Source: a cyanobacterium endosymbiont of Rhopalodia gibba (GTDB lineage: Bacteria > Cyanobacteriota > Cyanobacteriia > Cyanobacteriales > Microcystaceae). From it: a stretch of DNA of 64,000 nucleotides. Shown here piece after piece: positions 11,851 through 23,318 of the stretch. The position numbers and the translations under genes are program-made. The DNA is taken from NCBI GenBank assembly GCA_045159875.1, contig CP067995.1, positions 1,888,001-1,952,000 on the forward strand, written 5' to 3'. The first letter of the stretch is position 1, and the number at the start of each line of letters is the position of its first letter. A model generated the notes under the pieces. It worked only from the letters and a program-made list of their open reading frames with translations. It was not told the DNA's origin and did not search any database.

Positions 11851-12676
11851 TACAATAAAAATTCATTAAAATAGAATGCATCTAATATCAGTAAATATTT
11901 TAGATATAAACTATAATTACAGCCAATATTTATTGAAAAAAAAAGCAGATAATTAAGATAAATATAAGTAATTCTAACAAAGAATGAATGTAGCTTATGT
12001 CCTAGACAATGATTTTAATACGCTGTTTTCTTATGGGCTTATAAAGAAGAAATGGTAGTAATTAGTTTCATCCATGTTATTTCGATATAAATCTAGCACT
12101 AGACTAGTATTTAGTAGATAAAATTTTTAAAGATTTAGTCGTATAAAAGTAAAATTTAATAGTCTGATATCATAGATTTAAACTATATTTATCAATAAAA
12201 TATGACAGTTAATTATTAACTTTAAAGTACCTTGAAGTCAATATAGATAATCATCAACTAGTTCTTGATTAAAAAAACAATTTAATTAGTAAATTTTTAA
12301 AACCCCGAGTATATATTGTTCAATGACTTTTTCAAAAACTATATCAATAACGACTTTAATTAATTACTGGTCATCAACAGAAGATAAAAAAAGTAGTTGG
12401 TAAAACTGGCTATTATTAGCCTACCTTATAAGTGTTCTTTGATTGAAACAGTTAACGATCAACTTGATAAGAGCTCTCAGGTTGAATATTAGAGAAATAG
12501 AAGTGTTTGAAACTATTTAAGGTAAAAATATCAGTTTGTATTGTGTCCTGCTGAGTTCAAATAATCATTTTTATCTTGCTTGATTGTTAGTAGTTACTAT
12601 TTTAGGTAATCATAAATTTCGTCTTGTTTTTAATAAAAATATTGAGCAACTGTGTTTTAAACCTCGTTTAACTCAC

Positions 12677-12720
12677 GGATAAATAGTCTCTTAGAGTATA
12701 CTCTAAGAGACTATTTATCC
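12677..12720. repeat. Perfect 44-bp palindrome
   Basis: ggataaatagtctcttagagta|tactctaagagactatttatcc. Confidence 0.95.
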
Positions 12721-14106
12721 CTACAAAATTAGATAGATATTGGTATAATTAATTGTGGCTATTCTTGTCGTACCTAATAGCTATAGTTAGAAACATGTTT
12801 AATGGTTATATTTATAACAAGTTCCTCGGTTTTGTAAGTATCTTTTTCTACAAAATAGAATTATTCTCTTTCTCAATTAGGAAGGAAAAAATATCTAATT
12901 TTTTCAAGAGGTTCGTTGGTTCAATAGTTTCCCAAAGAAACTCAACTCCTATAATGATTAATTGCCGTAATAGATGCATCTAATTGAGAGACAGCTTTTT
13001 TATATGCTTGTATGTTTATTGTAAATGCAGATTCATCAATTGCTATCTTAGTAAATACTTAAGCAATCACATAATAATTATTTCTCTAAAAAAAAATAAT
13101 AGTAAATAAGGTTGTTTAAAAAAGTCAATATACTGGCTTTTTGTTAAGTGTTTATAAACCAATAATTACTAAAAGTATTCAAAAAAATCAATTGATCAAT
13201 AATTTAATTTTTTTTAGAAAAATTACAAGTTAGTTCACCTATTTAATTAGGGCAATCGAGAATATATTTTCCATGGCTAAGTCCCGTGACTATATTTTGT
13301 ATATCTTCGATTAATTCTGTAATTGAACAAAATTTATTGATTAAAGTTTACCAATTTTATTGACCCTTTATAAGTTAAAATGAACCATTTGATAATTTTT
13401 TTAAAAATACTATTATCTGATGCTGTCAAACATACCAAAATTCAGTCAATTTATGCAACATTAACATCAAACTTTCCTCTCCTTGAATCACTATAGTTGA
13501 ATACCGTTAGTTTTAACGTAGCTATAATGCTACTTAAATTTTAGAAATAAAAACATAAATTTTTCTATTCATTAATCATCAAGAGACTAGCATATCAGGT
13601 ATTTTAAATCTATTTTTTTAGCGACAAGAATTAATTATGGTAAAACTTAAAATTTTTGAAATAATTGTAGAACTTTTAGTTAGGATCAATATGTTTTTCA
13701 ATAGTTTTTTATAGTTATCAGTGTACCAAATTCTAAAAAATAGAATAGAATAACTGAGAATAATACAGTTTATTTTTCTATCTCTCTTCATGGTTTAAGA
13801 TTTAATTTTAGAAATCTTTATTTACTACTTTTATCTGTTTATTGATCAAACAACAAGATCTTTTTTATCGAAATCTATTAATGTGTTTGGTGCTAAATTT
13901 ATTAGATATGTTAGCATTGCTTTTAATAAAGCTAAATAGGATTTGTTAATGTTTTTTATACATTTAATTTCTCTAGTTTTCTCTGCTTATAAATTCCGAC
14001 TTAGCTGTTCTGCAATTCTATTATCATAATAACTAAAATTAAGGAAGACTCTCCTAAGTTATAGGGGAAATAAAATATTTCAATCATCCCCTACGTTTTT
14101 AGATAA

Positions 14107-15498
14107 TTATTCAGAAGCTACCCCATCCTGACGGGCTGCACGACAAACCGCCCCCGCAACTGCTTGATAAACCCTTCCATCAAACACCGAAGGGATAATA
14201 TATTCTCGATCAAGTTGACTAATATTCACCAAAGACGCGATTGCCTTAGCTGCTTCTAAATACATATGCTCAGTGATAGTTTTAGCCTTACAATCTAATG
14301 CTCCACGAAAGATTCCGGGAAAAGCTAACACATTATTAATTTGATTGGGGTAATCACTACGTCCAGTCGCTACAACTGCTACATCATCGATTATTAATTC
14401 CGGTTGAATTTCTGGGATGGGGTTTGCCATGGCGAACACAATGGGCTTACTAGCCATGGATTTGACCATTTCTAGTGTCACTACCCCTGGCGCACTTACG
14501 CCCAAGAATACATCAGCTCCCTGCATGGCATCTACTAAAGAGCCACTGATATTAACTGCAAATTCCCGTTTTTGAGGGTTTAAATCAGTACGGGAATGGG
14601 AGACAAGTCCCTTAGAATCACATAACCAAATAGTAGTAGCTCCGGCAGTGCGTAATAAAGCCGCTATTGCTATCCCTGCCGCTCCTGCCCCATTAATCAC
14701 AATTCGCACTTTTTCTAGAGACTTCTGGACTAGTTTCAGGGCATTAATTAATGCCGCTAAACTGACAATGGCTGTTCCGTGTTGATCGTCATGGAAGACT
14801 GGAATATCTAATTCTTGTCGCAGTCGCCGTTCAATTTCAAAACAACGAGGGGCAGCAATATCCTCCAAGTTGATCCCTCCAAATACTGGAGTAATGCGTT
14901 TAACAGTTTCAATAATTTCTTCAGTGTCCTGGGTGGCTAAACAGATGGGGAAAGCATCAATACCAGCAAATTCTTTAAATAACATGGCTTTTCCTTCCAT
15001 GACAGGGAGGGCAGCTTCCGGACCTAAATTTCCTAATCCTAGGACTGCACTTCCATCAGTAACAACTGCAACAGTATTTTGCTTAATAGTCAGGTTAAAC
15101 ACTTGAGAGTGATCGCGGGCAATAGCGTTACAGATACGTCCAACCCCTGGAGTATAAGCCATGGACAAGTCAGCTTTAGATTTTATGGAAATACGACTGG
15201 TGACCATGATTTTCCCCTTACTATGGAGATCAAAGGTGCGATCAGAAACTTTGAGAATTTTAACGTTAGGAATTTCTCGAACTGCTTCTAGAATCTCCTC
15301 GGCATGTCTTTCACTCGAAGCATCTACTGTAATTTCCCTTTGGGTGATTGCACGAGTATGTTCAATCAAAGAAATTTGTCCAAAACTTCCTCCTGCTCCG
15401 GCTATTGCCTGGGTAACATTGGAGAGAGTTCCTACTATGTTGGGAAGTTCAATGGTTAAAGAGAGACTATAACTTGAATTGGGATTGAGATTTGCCAT
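14107..15498 (-). CDS. NAD(P)-dependent malic enzyme with N-terminal ACT domain
   Basis: AYTPGV, VTDGSAVLGLGN, PVMEGKA, INLEDI, FHDDQHGTA, GAGAAG and TGRSDYPNQINN motifs. Confidence 0.95.
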   Translation of the reverse strand: MANLNPNSSYSLSLTIELPNIVGTLSNVTQAIAGAGGSFGQISLIEHTRAITQREITVDASSERHAEEILEAVREIPNVKILKVSDRTFDLHSKGKIMVTSRISIKSKADLSMAYTPGVGRICNAIARDHSQVFNLTIKQNTVAVVTDGSAVLGLGNLGPEAALPVMEGKAMLFKEFAGIDAFPICLATQDTEEIIETVKRITPVFGGINLEDIAAPRCFEIERRLRQELDIPVFHDDQHGTAIVSLAALINALKLVQKSLEKVRIVINGAGAAGIAIAALLRTAGATTIWLCDSKGLVSHSRTDLNPQKREFAVNISGSLVDAMQGADVFLGVSAPGVVTLEMVKSMASKPIVFAMANPIPEIQPELIIDDVAVVATGRSDYPNQINNVLAFPGIFRGALDCKAKTITEHMYLEAAKAIASLVNISQLDREYIIPSVFDGRVYQAVAGAVCRAARQDGVASE

Positions 15499-15771
15499 GT
15501 TTAGAAGAGGTTAGGGTTACGAGTTACGAGGTAAGAGCCAGAGAGTCCAGTCTACTAAAGATAGCTTGGGAGAACATATGTCAAGACAACGATCATAGAT
15601 TTTAAACTAATGAGACGACCTCTTCTCTCAAGAAGAATATAGTTAACTGAAAATTTGGAGAAACATAGAAAATTATTTGCGTTACATTGAATTGCTGAAT
15701 TGCTGCTGAAGATTTATCTTCAACTTAGTTTATTGTTCTCTATATAGCCATTTCTTTCCTCATCAAATACA

Positions 15772-15809
15772 GTGAACAGTTTCAAGCTTGAAAAGGCAAA
15801 ACTGTTCAC
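15772..15809 (-). terminator. Stem-loop just downstream of pntB
   Basis: gtgaacagttt...aaactgttcac, 11-bp arms, 17 nt after the stop codon. Confidence 0.35.
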
Positions 15810-15826
15810 CGATCAACAAAAACAGT

Positions 15827-17257
15827 TTATAGTTGCTTCACCTGAGCAACTAACTGGGATAGCATATCTTGCGCGTTGCCAAAAAGCATCATGGTTTTAT
15901 CTTCGTAGAAAAGTTGATTATCTACCCCAGCAAACCCAGTGCTAAGACCCCGCTTAATAACGATAGTATTGTGAGCTTTGTCCACTTCGAGAATAGGCAT
16001 TCCGAAAATTGGACTATTCTGATCGCTTTTTGCAGCAGGATTAACCACATCATTTGCCCCAATCACCAAGGCAACATCGATAGTATCAAATTCAGGGTTA
16101 ATGTCTTCCATATCATAAAGTTGATTGTAAGGAACATTTGCTTCAGCTAACAGCACATTCATGTGACCAGGCATTCTCCCGGCAACAGGATGGATAGCGT
16201 ATTTAACTTCTACACCCATTTTTTCAAGTTGATTGGCTAATTCACGCACAGTGTGTTGTGCTTGCGCCACTGCCATTCCATAACCAGGAACAATTACTAC
16301 GGAACGGGCGTATCCTAATATCATTGCTCCTTCTTCAGGATCGATGGAGTGAACAGTCTTATCAGCTGTTTCCCCAGAACTTCCATCATTAGCGATAGTT
16401 GCACCACCAAATGCGCCAAATAGAACGCTTAAAAGGGAACGGTTCATAGCTTTACACATGATTTCCGTTAAAATAATCCCTGATGCTCCTACTAACGCTC
16501 CTGCAACGATGAGCATATTATTTATTAAAATAAACCCAGCAGCACTAGCAGCTAACCCAGAAAAGGAGTTTAAGAGGGAGATAACCACGGGCATATCACC
16601 ACCCCCAATAGGAAGAACAAATAAGACCCCAAAAATAAGTGAAACGAAGACCAATCCCAAGAAAATAGAGATGTTGGTGGGATCTAAAAAGAGATAAACA
16701 CTACCGACAATAAAGCTAAAAAATAGCAGGACATTAAATGGCTGTTGTAAGGGGAAGGTAATAGGAGAACCACTGACTATTCCTTGTAGTTTCCCAAAAG
16801 CTAGTAAACTCCCAGTCAAAGTAATACCGCCGATAAAAACCCCTAAAATTGCCACTATAGTCGCGTCAACGGGGATAGTCTTTTCAACTTCTAATAACCG
16901 CCAAAATTCTCCAACGGCAATTAAGGCACTGGCTGCTCCTCCTAACCCGTTGAAAATACCCACCATTTGGGGCATAGCTGTCATAGCAACTTTTTGGGCA
17001 GTAATCCCCCCGATAAGGGAACCAATTACCACACTAATCAAAATCATTTGATAGTTAACCACTGACTGATTAATCATGGTGGCAATAATAGCCAGCAGCA
17101 TTCCGAATGAAGCAACAATGTTACCCCGACGAGCAGTTGCCGGAGAACCCAGTTGTTTTAACCCGATAATAAAAAGGGCAGCGGCGGTTAAATAGGCTAA
17201 TTCGATGCCAGTAGTTAATCCTGACAGGATATCCTTACATAAGATGGTATCGTTCAT
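15827..17257 (-). CDS. pntB: NAD(P) transhydrogenase subunit beta
   Basis: PGYGMAVAQAQH, IHPVAGRMPGHMNVLLAEA and IGANDVVNP motifs; multi-pass membrane N-terminus. Confidence 0.97.
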   Translation of the reverse strand: MNDTILCKDILSGLTTGIELAYLTAAALFIIGLKQLGSPATARRGNIVASFGMLLAIIATMINQSVVNYQMILISVVIGSLIGGITAQKVAMTAMPQMVGIFNGLGGAASALIAVGEFWRLLEVEKTIPVDATIVAILGVFIGGITLTGSLLAFGKLQGIVSGSPITFPLQQPFNVLLFFSFIVGSVYLFLDPTNISIFLGLVFVSLIFGVLFVLPIGGGDMPVVISLLNSFSGLAASAAGFILINNMLIVAGALVGASGIILTEIMCKAMNRSLLSVLFGAFGGATIANDGSSGETADKTVHSIDPEEGAMILGYARSVVIVPGYGMAVAQAQHTVRELANQLEKMGVEVKYAIHPVAGRMPGHMNVLLAEANVPYNQLYDMEDINPEFDTIDVALVIGANDVVNPAAKSDQNSPIFGMPILEVDKAHNTIVIKRGLSTGFAGVDNQLFYEDKTMMLFGNAQDMLSQLVAQVKQL

Positions 17258-17263
17258 AGTTAT

Positions 17264-17551
17264 CTATGCTCCCTTCTTTTTAAACATCTGCAACATACGG
17301 TCAGTAACTAAAAAACCACCCACAACGTTAATGATAGCGAGGACAACGGCGATTAAGCCCAAAATCACGCTAAGACTCCACTCTTTAGGTCCAGCAATTA
17401 ATAACGCTCCAACAACGGCAATACCCGAAATTGCATTAGCCCCTGACATTAGAGGAGTATGCAGAGTAGGGGGAACTTTATTAATTACCTCAAACCCCAC
17501 AAATGAGGCTAAAACGAATACTACTAAACCAACCAACAGTCCAGTTGTCAT
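17264..17551 (-). CDS. pntA: NAD(P) transhydrogenase alpha subunit, membrane part (alpha2)
   Basis: LHTPLMSGANAISG and INVVGGFLVTDRMLQMF motifs. Confidence 0.93.
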   Translation of the reverse strand: MTTGLLVGLVVFVLASFVGFEVINKVPPTLHTPLMSGANAISGIAVVGALLIAGPKEWSLSVILGLIAVVLAIINVVGGFLVTDRMLQMFKKKGA

Positions 17552-17664
17552 AAATAATTACACTCCTAAGCAGGATTCAGCATTATGGTATTGAGGTAAA
17601 AAACTCTAAACTAGATCTGTTAAAACTGTTGCCTTTTTCCTTCCCGATAGGCTAACCTTAGGCT

Positions 17665-18816
17665 TTAAGCAAACGTAGATAGAGCTTCTTTTACTTTGGG
17701 ATGGCGCAATTGTCCTTCATGGGTAACACAAGCTCCACCGATTATGTCATCGTCGAAATTAAGCTGCATTACTCCGTCTTTAACCAGGTATTTCACTAAT
17801 GTTAAGAGGTTCTTTGCATAAACTTGGCTGGCATTAACCGGAAGACTAGATGGTAAGTTCAAGGGGCCAATTACATGAACCCCGTTGTAAAAAATATTTT
17901 TTCCAGGTTCAGTACAGGCACAGTTGCCTCCACGATCAGCTGCAATATCGACAATTACCGAGCCAACTTTCATTTCTGCGACCATTTCCTCGGAAACGAT
18001 AACGGGAGCTCGTTTTCCTTGAACTTGAGCAGTTGTGATCACTACATCGGACTTTTTAACATGCTCAGTTAATACCTGACAAATAAGTTCTTGTGTATTT
18101 TTGGTGACTTCTTTGGCATAACCCCCTGTGGTGGTAGTGTTCTCCTGTATGGGAATTTCCACAAATTTAGCCCCAACACTTTGTACTTCCTCTTTGACGG
18201 CGGGACGAATATCAAACGCTTCCACTACAGCCCCTAAACGACGTGCAGTGGCGATTGCCTGTAATCCGGCAACTCCTGCCCCAATTACTAAAACTTTGGC
18301 GGGGGGAATGGTTCCAGCCGCTGTTGTCATCATGGGAAACAGTCGGGGGAGAGAAGCTGAGGCGATTAGGGCAGATTTATAACCGGCAATATTGGCTTGA
18401 GATGAAAGGGCATCCATACTTTGAGCTCGACTAGTACGAGGGATTAACTCCATGCTAAAAGCAGTGATTTGACGCTGTGCCAATTCCTGAATTTTCTCTG
18501 GGTTTCCCAAGGGATCAAGAAAACCGATTATCTTAGCTCCTGATTTAAGCCAATCCATTTCCATTTTTCCATGCTGTTCCCCTGGAGGAGCAACTTTAAG
18601 GAGGATATCGGCTTCTCCCCATAATTGTTCTGGAGAACTAATGATCTGTGCTCCTGCTGCTGTGTATTCAACATCGGTAAAATGACTTCCAAGTCCTGCT
18701 CCTGATTGAACTAATACCTGAAATCCCAATTTGATAAAACGGGCGACGGTATCGGGAACTAGAGCTACTCGCAATTCTCCTATTTCACTTTCCTTCGGAA
18801 CAGCAATTTTGAGCAT
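17665..18816 (-). CDS. pntA: NAD(P) transhydrogenase alpha subunit, soluble NAD-binding part (alpha1)
   Basis: RAQSMDALSSQANIAGYK, GAGVAGLQAIATA and GGYAK motifs. Confidence 0.95.
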   Translation of the reverse strand: MLKIAVPKESEIGELRVALVPDTVARFIKLGFQVLVQSGAGLGSHFTDVEYTAAGAQIISSPEQLWGEADILLKVAPPGEQHGKMEMDWLKSGAKIIGFLDPLGNPEKIQELAQRQITAFSMELIPRTSRAQSMDALSSQANIAGYKSALIASASLPRLFPMMTTAAGTIPPAKVLVIGAGVAGLQAIATARRLGAVVEAFDIRPAVKEEVQSVGAKFVEIPIQENTTTTGGYAKEVTKNTQELICQVLTEHVKKSDVVITTAQVQGKRAPVIVSEEMVAEMKVGSVIVDIAADRGGNCACTEPGKNIFYNGVHVIGPLNLPSSLPVNASQVYAKNLLTLVKYLVKDGVMQLNFDDDIIGGACVTHEGQLRHPKVKEALSTFA

Positions 18817-19424
18817 GCTTAAACTTTCCTTCTATACTGTTATCGGTTAAAAAGAGCGTTGCTAGTATTTTGAGGGTTATTTTGGGGTTAAGAGCAAACC
18901 TTAAACCCTTCTTCGTTTTTGAAGACGTTTGCTTCATAGAGTTTAGCAAAACTTGATTAGTGTTTTTCCGTCAATGTAATTAACTACACTTTGATTAAGT
19001 TTTAAATAAACTTTGATCCTAGTTCTACACCATAGATCGTAACCTATGGAAAACCATGTAATTATAACTAAATGATTTAAATCAATAAATTTTTTCTCAT
19101 CACTAATTCTCATTATTTAAGATAAGAAATCTGTCATTAAATTCAATATACACAAATTCATTAATTTATTTTTTTTAAAAAAAGCTACAGTTTTTGTCAT
19201 TCAATCGTAATAAAGATACTATAATTTAATAGTTTAAAAAATATTTTTAAGTATATTATGTTACAATAAGGTTCAAAAATAAAGTAATTTTTTTTCAAAA
19301 AAAACTAAATAATTTTAGTTAAAAATCGCTTAAATAAATAATTTTAAAAAATAAACTATTGTTTATTTATCCTCTATTGTATAACTTGTAAAGCTAATTA
19401 TTTTAGGAGATTTTAAAATAAATT

Positions 19425-20210
19425 ATGATTATAAATAGGAGAAAATTTATAGCTTTTAACTTAGCAGTCTTAACGACGGCTTGTACAGATTCTAATTTAT
19501 ATAAAAAACAACAAAAAATTAATTTAACTGTCTCAGTTGCATCTAGTGTTCAGGATGTAATGAAGGATATTCGAGTCCTTTATCACAAGGAAAACCCAAG
19601 TGTTTATGTCAACTATAATTTCGGTTCCTCTGGTTCGTTACAACAACAAATTGAACAAGGGGCGCCAATTGATATTTTTCTCTCTGCAGCTCCTAAACAA
19701 ATGAATGTGCTACAAAGAAAAGAGCTGTTGTTAACAGAAACTAGACAAAATTTACTAAAAAATAGAGTTGTTTTAATTGTTCTTAAAGAGAAAGATAATA
19801 ATGTAACTTTTGAAAGCTTAAACAATGCTGACTTTAAAAAAGTTGCGTTAGGAGACCCCGCCAGTGTTCCTGCTGGACAGTATGGAAAAGAAGTTTTAAA
19901 TTTTTTAAAGCTATACAAAAAAATTGATTATAAGTTAGTTTTTGGGAAGAATACCCGTCAGATTTTATTTTATGTAGAAACAGGTAATGTTGACGCAGGA
20001 TTGGTCTATAAAACTGATGTCAAAATTTCTAATAAAGTTAAAATAGTAGATACAGCTCCTGAAAATTATCATTCTCCAATTATTTATCCTATTTCTGTTA
20101 TTAAACAAAGTAAATATCCAGAAGAAGCTAAAAAGTTTACAGAATTTCTTTTTAGTGAGAAAGTAAAAGATGTTTTTAAAAATTATGGATTTGGCTTAGT
20201 AAAAGATTAA
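19425..20210 (+). CDS. modA: Molybdate ABC transporter substrate-binding lipoprotein
   Basis: Lipobox LTTAC; NFGSSGSLQQQIEQGAPIDIFLSA, GDPASVPAGQY and AGLVYKTD motifs. Confidence 0.93.
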   Translation: MIINRRKFIAFNLAVLTTACTDSNLYKKQQKINLTVSVASSVQDVMKDIRVLYHKENPSVYVNYNFGSSGSLQQQIEQGAPIDIFLSAAPKQMNVLQRKELLLTETRQNLLKNRVVLIVLKEKDNNVTFESLNNADFKKVALGDPASVPAGQYGKEVLNFLKLYKKIDYKLVFGKNTRQILFYVETGNVDAGLVYKTDVKISNKVKIVDTAPENYHSPIIYPISVIKQSKYPEEAKKFTEFLFSEKVKDVFKNYGFGLVKD

Positions 20211-20237
20211 AACAATGATAAATCGATCAATCTTCTC

Positions 20238-21224
20238 CTATTCTAGATGTTTCCAGACAATTTGGAGAAGTTCCTCTAATCTTGTTCTTGTCACTGCAGA
20301 AATGGTGATAATTGGGAATGAATTAAGATTTCCTAATTCTGTTTTAATAGTTTGAATAGTTTCCTCATCTGCCGCATCTACTTTGTTAAGAGCAATAATC
20401 TGGGGACGATTGCTTAACCCTTTACCATAAGCGTTTAATTCCTCTTGAATAATCTGATAATCAGCGATCACATTGGTGGAAGTTACATCTACTAAATGCA
20501 ATAACAGACGAGTTCGTTCAATATGACGTAGAAATTCATGCCCCAACCCGATTCCTTCATGAGCACCTTTAATTAACCCTGGAATGTCTGCAAATACTGT
20601 TCCATCTCCTGTGGGTTTACGCACTACTCCTAAATTGGGAACTAGTGTAGTAAAAGGATAGTCGGCAATTTTAGGACGGGCTGCCGACAATGCAGCCATC
20701 AAGGTAGATTTTCCTGCGTTAGGTAAGCCGATAATTCCCACTTCGGCTAGTAATTTTAGCTCGAGGCGTAACCAGCGATGTTCCCCAGGAAGTCCATCGA
20801 GGGCATAGTCAGGAGCGCGATTTTGGTTACTGAGGAAGTGTTTATTTCCTAATCCTCCCTTACCTCCAGCCACTACACAGAGGGTTTGTCCCTTTTCTAC
20901 CAAGTCTCCCAAAATTTCTTCGGTTTCACCATCGTAGATAAGAGTTCCACAAGGAACTTCTATGATACAGTTTTTGCCATTGGCTCCTGTCCTATTGCTG
21001 GGTCCGCCTCGTTTCCCATCATCGGCCTTAAAACGACGCGCATAACAAAAGTCCAGTAAAGTTTGTAGGTTTTGATTAGCTACGAGAATAACTGAGCCTC
21101 CCCATCCCCCATTACCCCCTGCAGGTCCTCCAGCCGGAACATATTTTTCTCGTCGGAAGGCAACTAGACCATCCCCCCCTTTACCTGCTTCAACTTCAAT
21201 CTCAGCGCGATCAATAAATTGCAT
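20238..21224 (-). CDS. obgE: GTPase Obg/CgtA
   Basis: [36 protein letters not shown] and NKVD motifs. Confidence 0.97.
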   Translation of the reverse strand: MQFIDRAEIEVEAGKGGDGLVAFRREKYVPAGGPAGGNGGWGGSVILVANQNLQTLLDFCYARRFKADDGKRGGPSNRTGANGKNCIIEVPCGTLIYDGETEEILGDLVEKGQTLCVVAGGKGGLGNKHFLSNQNRAPDYALDGLPGEHRWLRLELKLLAEVGIIGLPNAGKSTLMAALSAARPKIADYPFTTLVPNLGVVRKPTGDGTVFADIPGLIKGAHEGIGLGHEFLRHIERTRLLLHLVDVTSTNVIADYQIIQEELNAYGKGLSNRPQIIALNKVDAADEETIQTIKTELGNLNSFPIITISAVTRTRLEELLQIVWKHLE

Positions 21225-21311
21225 AGAAAATTATTGTTGTAAGTCCCTAAATATGTCCTTTTCAGGGGTCAACACCTGTCGACCCTTACCTTAGTTTATT
21301 GTTTACTTATT

Positions 21312-22010
21312 CTAAACGTACTCTGAAATATCTTCCTTACAATTGTCAGACAAATAGCATAAAGCACGAAAACGCAAGCCGACGAGTTGTTCATAGAGAG
21401 GGTTAAGCTTACATAAAGCAGGAATGTGAACAATTTTATGTCCAAAAAGCTTAACATCTCGTTCAAAGGGACATTGAGAAGGGACCATCTTACAAATAAA
21501 TCTAGCAAGGCGAGGGTCATTAATATCCATTCCATCGAGCCAGTCTTTGAGAGGATGCAAGAGATCAGGATGGGGATGAGGCGGACTTGACAAAGAGATA
21601 GCGGCCCTGTCAACCTGTGCTTGTGGGTGTTTTTCCAGAGGAATGCACAGAGTATGTTCTAGGGATTTGAAGGCTTCTATCTTGAGTCCTAAAGCGTCGT
21701 TAAATTGATGTAATAACTCTGCTTCGGAGGGGGAGTAAATTCCATCAGCAATTGCCACTAAAACGGCGGTTCTTAAGAAATTTTCGGCAGTATTTTTATC
21801 AGGACCTAATGCTCTGGCTAATTTTTGGGGAGTAATCCCGCTAAAAGCTACATCTGTTGTATCTTCTAAAGCTAAATCTTGAGTAAGTTGAGAGATTAAA
21901 TTTTGTTCTTCGGTATCATAATGCCCGTCAGCCCAGGCAACAGTTAGTAAACCTTGTAACCAAGCAGAAATTTGAGTTTCAGTGTAAGAAGAGCGAGCAA
22001 CGCCAGCCAT
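21312..22010 (-). CDS. TerB-like N-terminus plus 'Mo-dependent nitrogenase C-terminal' domain protein
   Basis: VAWADG / VAIADG TerB-like motifs; C-terminal CKMVPSQCPFERD..HIPALCKLNPLYEQLVGLRFRAL. Confidence 0.8.
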   Translation of the reverse strand: MAGVARSSYTETQISAWLQGLLTVAWADGHYDTEEQNLISQLTQDLALEDTTDVAFSGITPQKLARALGPDKNTAENFLRTAVLVAIADGIYSPSEAELLHQFNDALGLKIEAFKSLEHTLCIPLEKHPQAQVDRAAISLSSPPHPHPDLLHPLKDWLDGMDINDPRLARFICKMVPSQCPFERDVKLFGHKIVHIPALCKLNPLYEQLVGLRFRALCYLSDNCKEDISEYV

Positions 22011-22121
22011 AATAATATTCTAACTAAACACATTAAGTAAGGGATGGAGACAGTCGATTGCACGATAAACAATTAGTTTTTTCTATCTCCCTCCCTTACA
22101 AGTTTAACTTTGTACGTCACC

Positions 22122-22721
22122 CTATGGTTCAACAATTACCGGAATTCCTTTATCTACCAATTTAAATAAAGCTTTTACATCAGCATTCCTCATACGAACA
22201 CAACCATGAGAAACTGCTTGACCGATCAAATGTTCTCCAGGGGTTCCATGAAACCCAATATAATTCTTTCCGTTCGTCCAAAAGCCGATCCAACGTTCTC
22301 CGAGGGGACTATTTGTCCCTGGCGCACTTATTTTCCCATTCCAAGGATTTTCCCATTTTGGGTTTTTTATCATTTGAATGATTTCAAATTCTCCTTGTGG
22401 GGTCTCCCACCCTTTTTTACCAATCGCCACTCGATAACTAGCTAACAGTTTATCATCTTGATATGCGTAAACCTTACGCTCTTTTAACTTCAGTACTAAG
22501 CGCGTTGCTGATACTTTAGTTTCTGCCGGAGTTATTTTTTCCGCTAGACTAGCTTCTTTTAAAACAGCTGACGTAATTGGAGAAGTAGGGTTTTTTGCCG
22601 TTTCTGCCTTGAATAGTGCAGCCGTTTCTTTTGCTCCGACCTGCTTATTGATCAGGGATACGGGCAAAAAAAGACTCACACCAGCTAAGGTCAATGATAT
22701 TAAAAGTTGTTTAAACTTCAT
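22122..22721 (-). CDS. L,D-transpeptidase (YkuD family)
   Basis: Signal peptide; PLGERWIGF, IGFHGT and SHGCVRM motifs. Confidence 0.92.
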   Translation of the reverse strand: MKFKQLLISLTLAGVSLFLPVSLINKQVGAKETAALFKAETAKNPTSPITSAVLKEASLAEKITPAETKVSATRLVLKLKERKVYAYQDDKLLASYRVAIGKKGWETPQGEFEIIQMIKNPKWENPWNGKISAPGTNSPLGERWIGFWTNGKNYIGFHGTPGEHLIGQAVSHGCVRMRNADVKALFKLVDKGIPVIVEP

Positions 22722-23318
22722 TTTCTTATAGTTCTATGTAAACTTCCAATAGTTAGTTGGCAAACAACAATCGCACTGGCTCACCAGTATCTTAGAAGAT
22801 ATTTCAGGCAATAAAATCTAAATTTAATATTATTTTTTCCATAGTTCCTTTTCCATCTTCCCAACTCCACTTTATCTGTCCATCTCCTAAATGCGGTTTA
22901 GCAATTGCGGTAATTCCTGTTATCCTAATTCCTTCATTCCATAAACTTTTAAGAAAACTAGCATAGGAAAAATAGTGTCAATGATTAGTTAGTAACTTTG
23001 CTTCTTCTCTTACAAACAATGATCATAAATTTAAATTAAAGTTGTTGCTTTTCTAGTCGCTGATTTAACCATAGCCCAAATATTATTGGTACCTATCTAG
23101 GGAAACCCGCCTCTAATTTTTTTCGTGCAACAAAAGGCTTTTCATTGGGTTTACTTTAGCTCAATCTATTTTTTAATATTATGTGCTCAGGGTAAACGAC
23201 GAAACCATAGAATAGAGTTTATCCGACTAAACAGACATAAAGCATGGACTTTTTTTGATAAGGCATAGTACAATGGCAACCATTACTAAAAACTTCGGTG
23301 TGGGAGTTAATTTAAATA

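Noticed and set aside
12753..12983. 76-aa ORF
   Set aside because: TTG start, no motifs, inside a decayed spacer.
14870..18434. Several + strand ORFs over the malic enzyme and pnt genes
   Set aside because: Antisense shadows of well-supported genes. The same applies to those over modA, ftsY, the permease, natF, kaiC and the hybrid kinase.
22780..23210. Partly open minus-strand frame (FSYASFLKSLWNEGIRITG...)
   Set aside because: Probably a small pseudogene, but I cannot assign a family.
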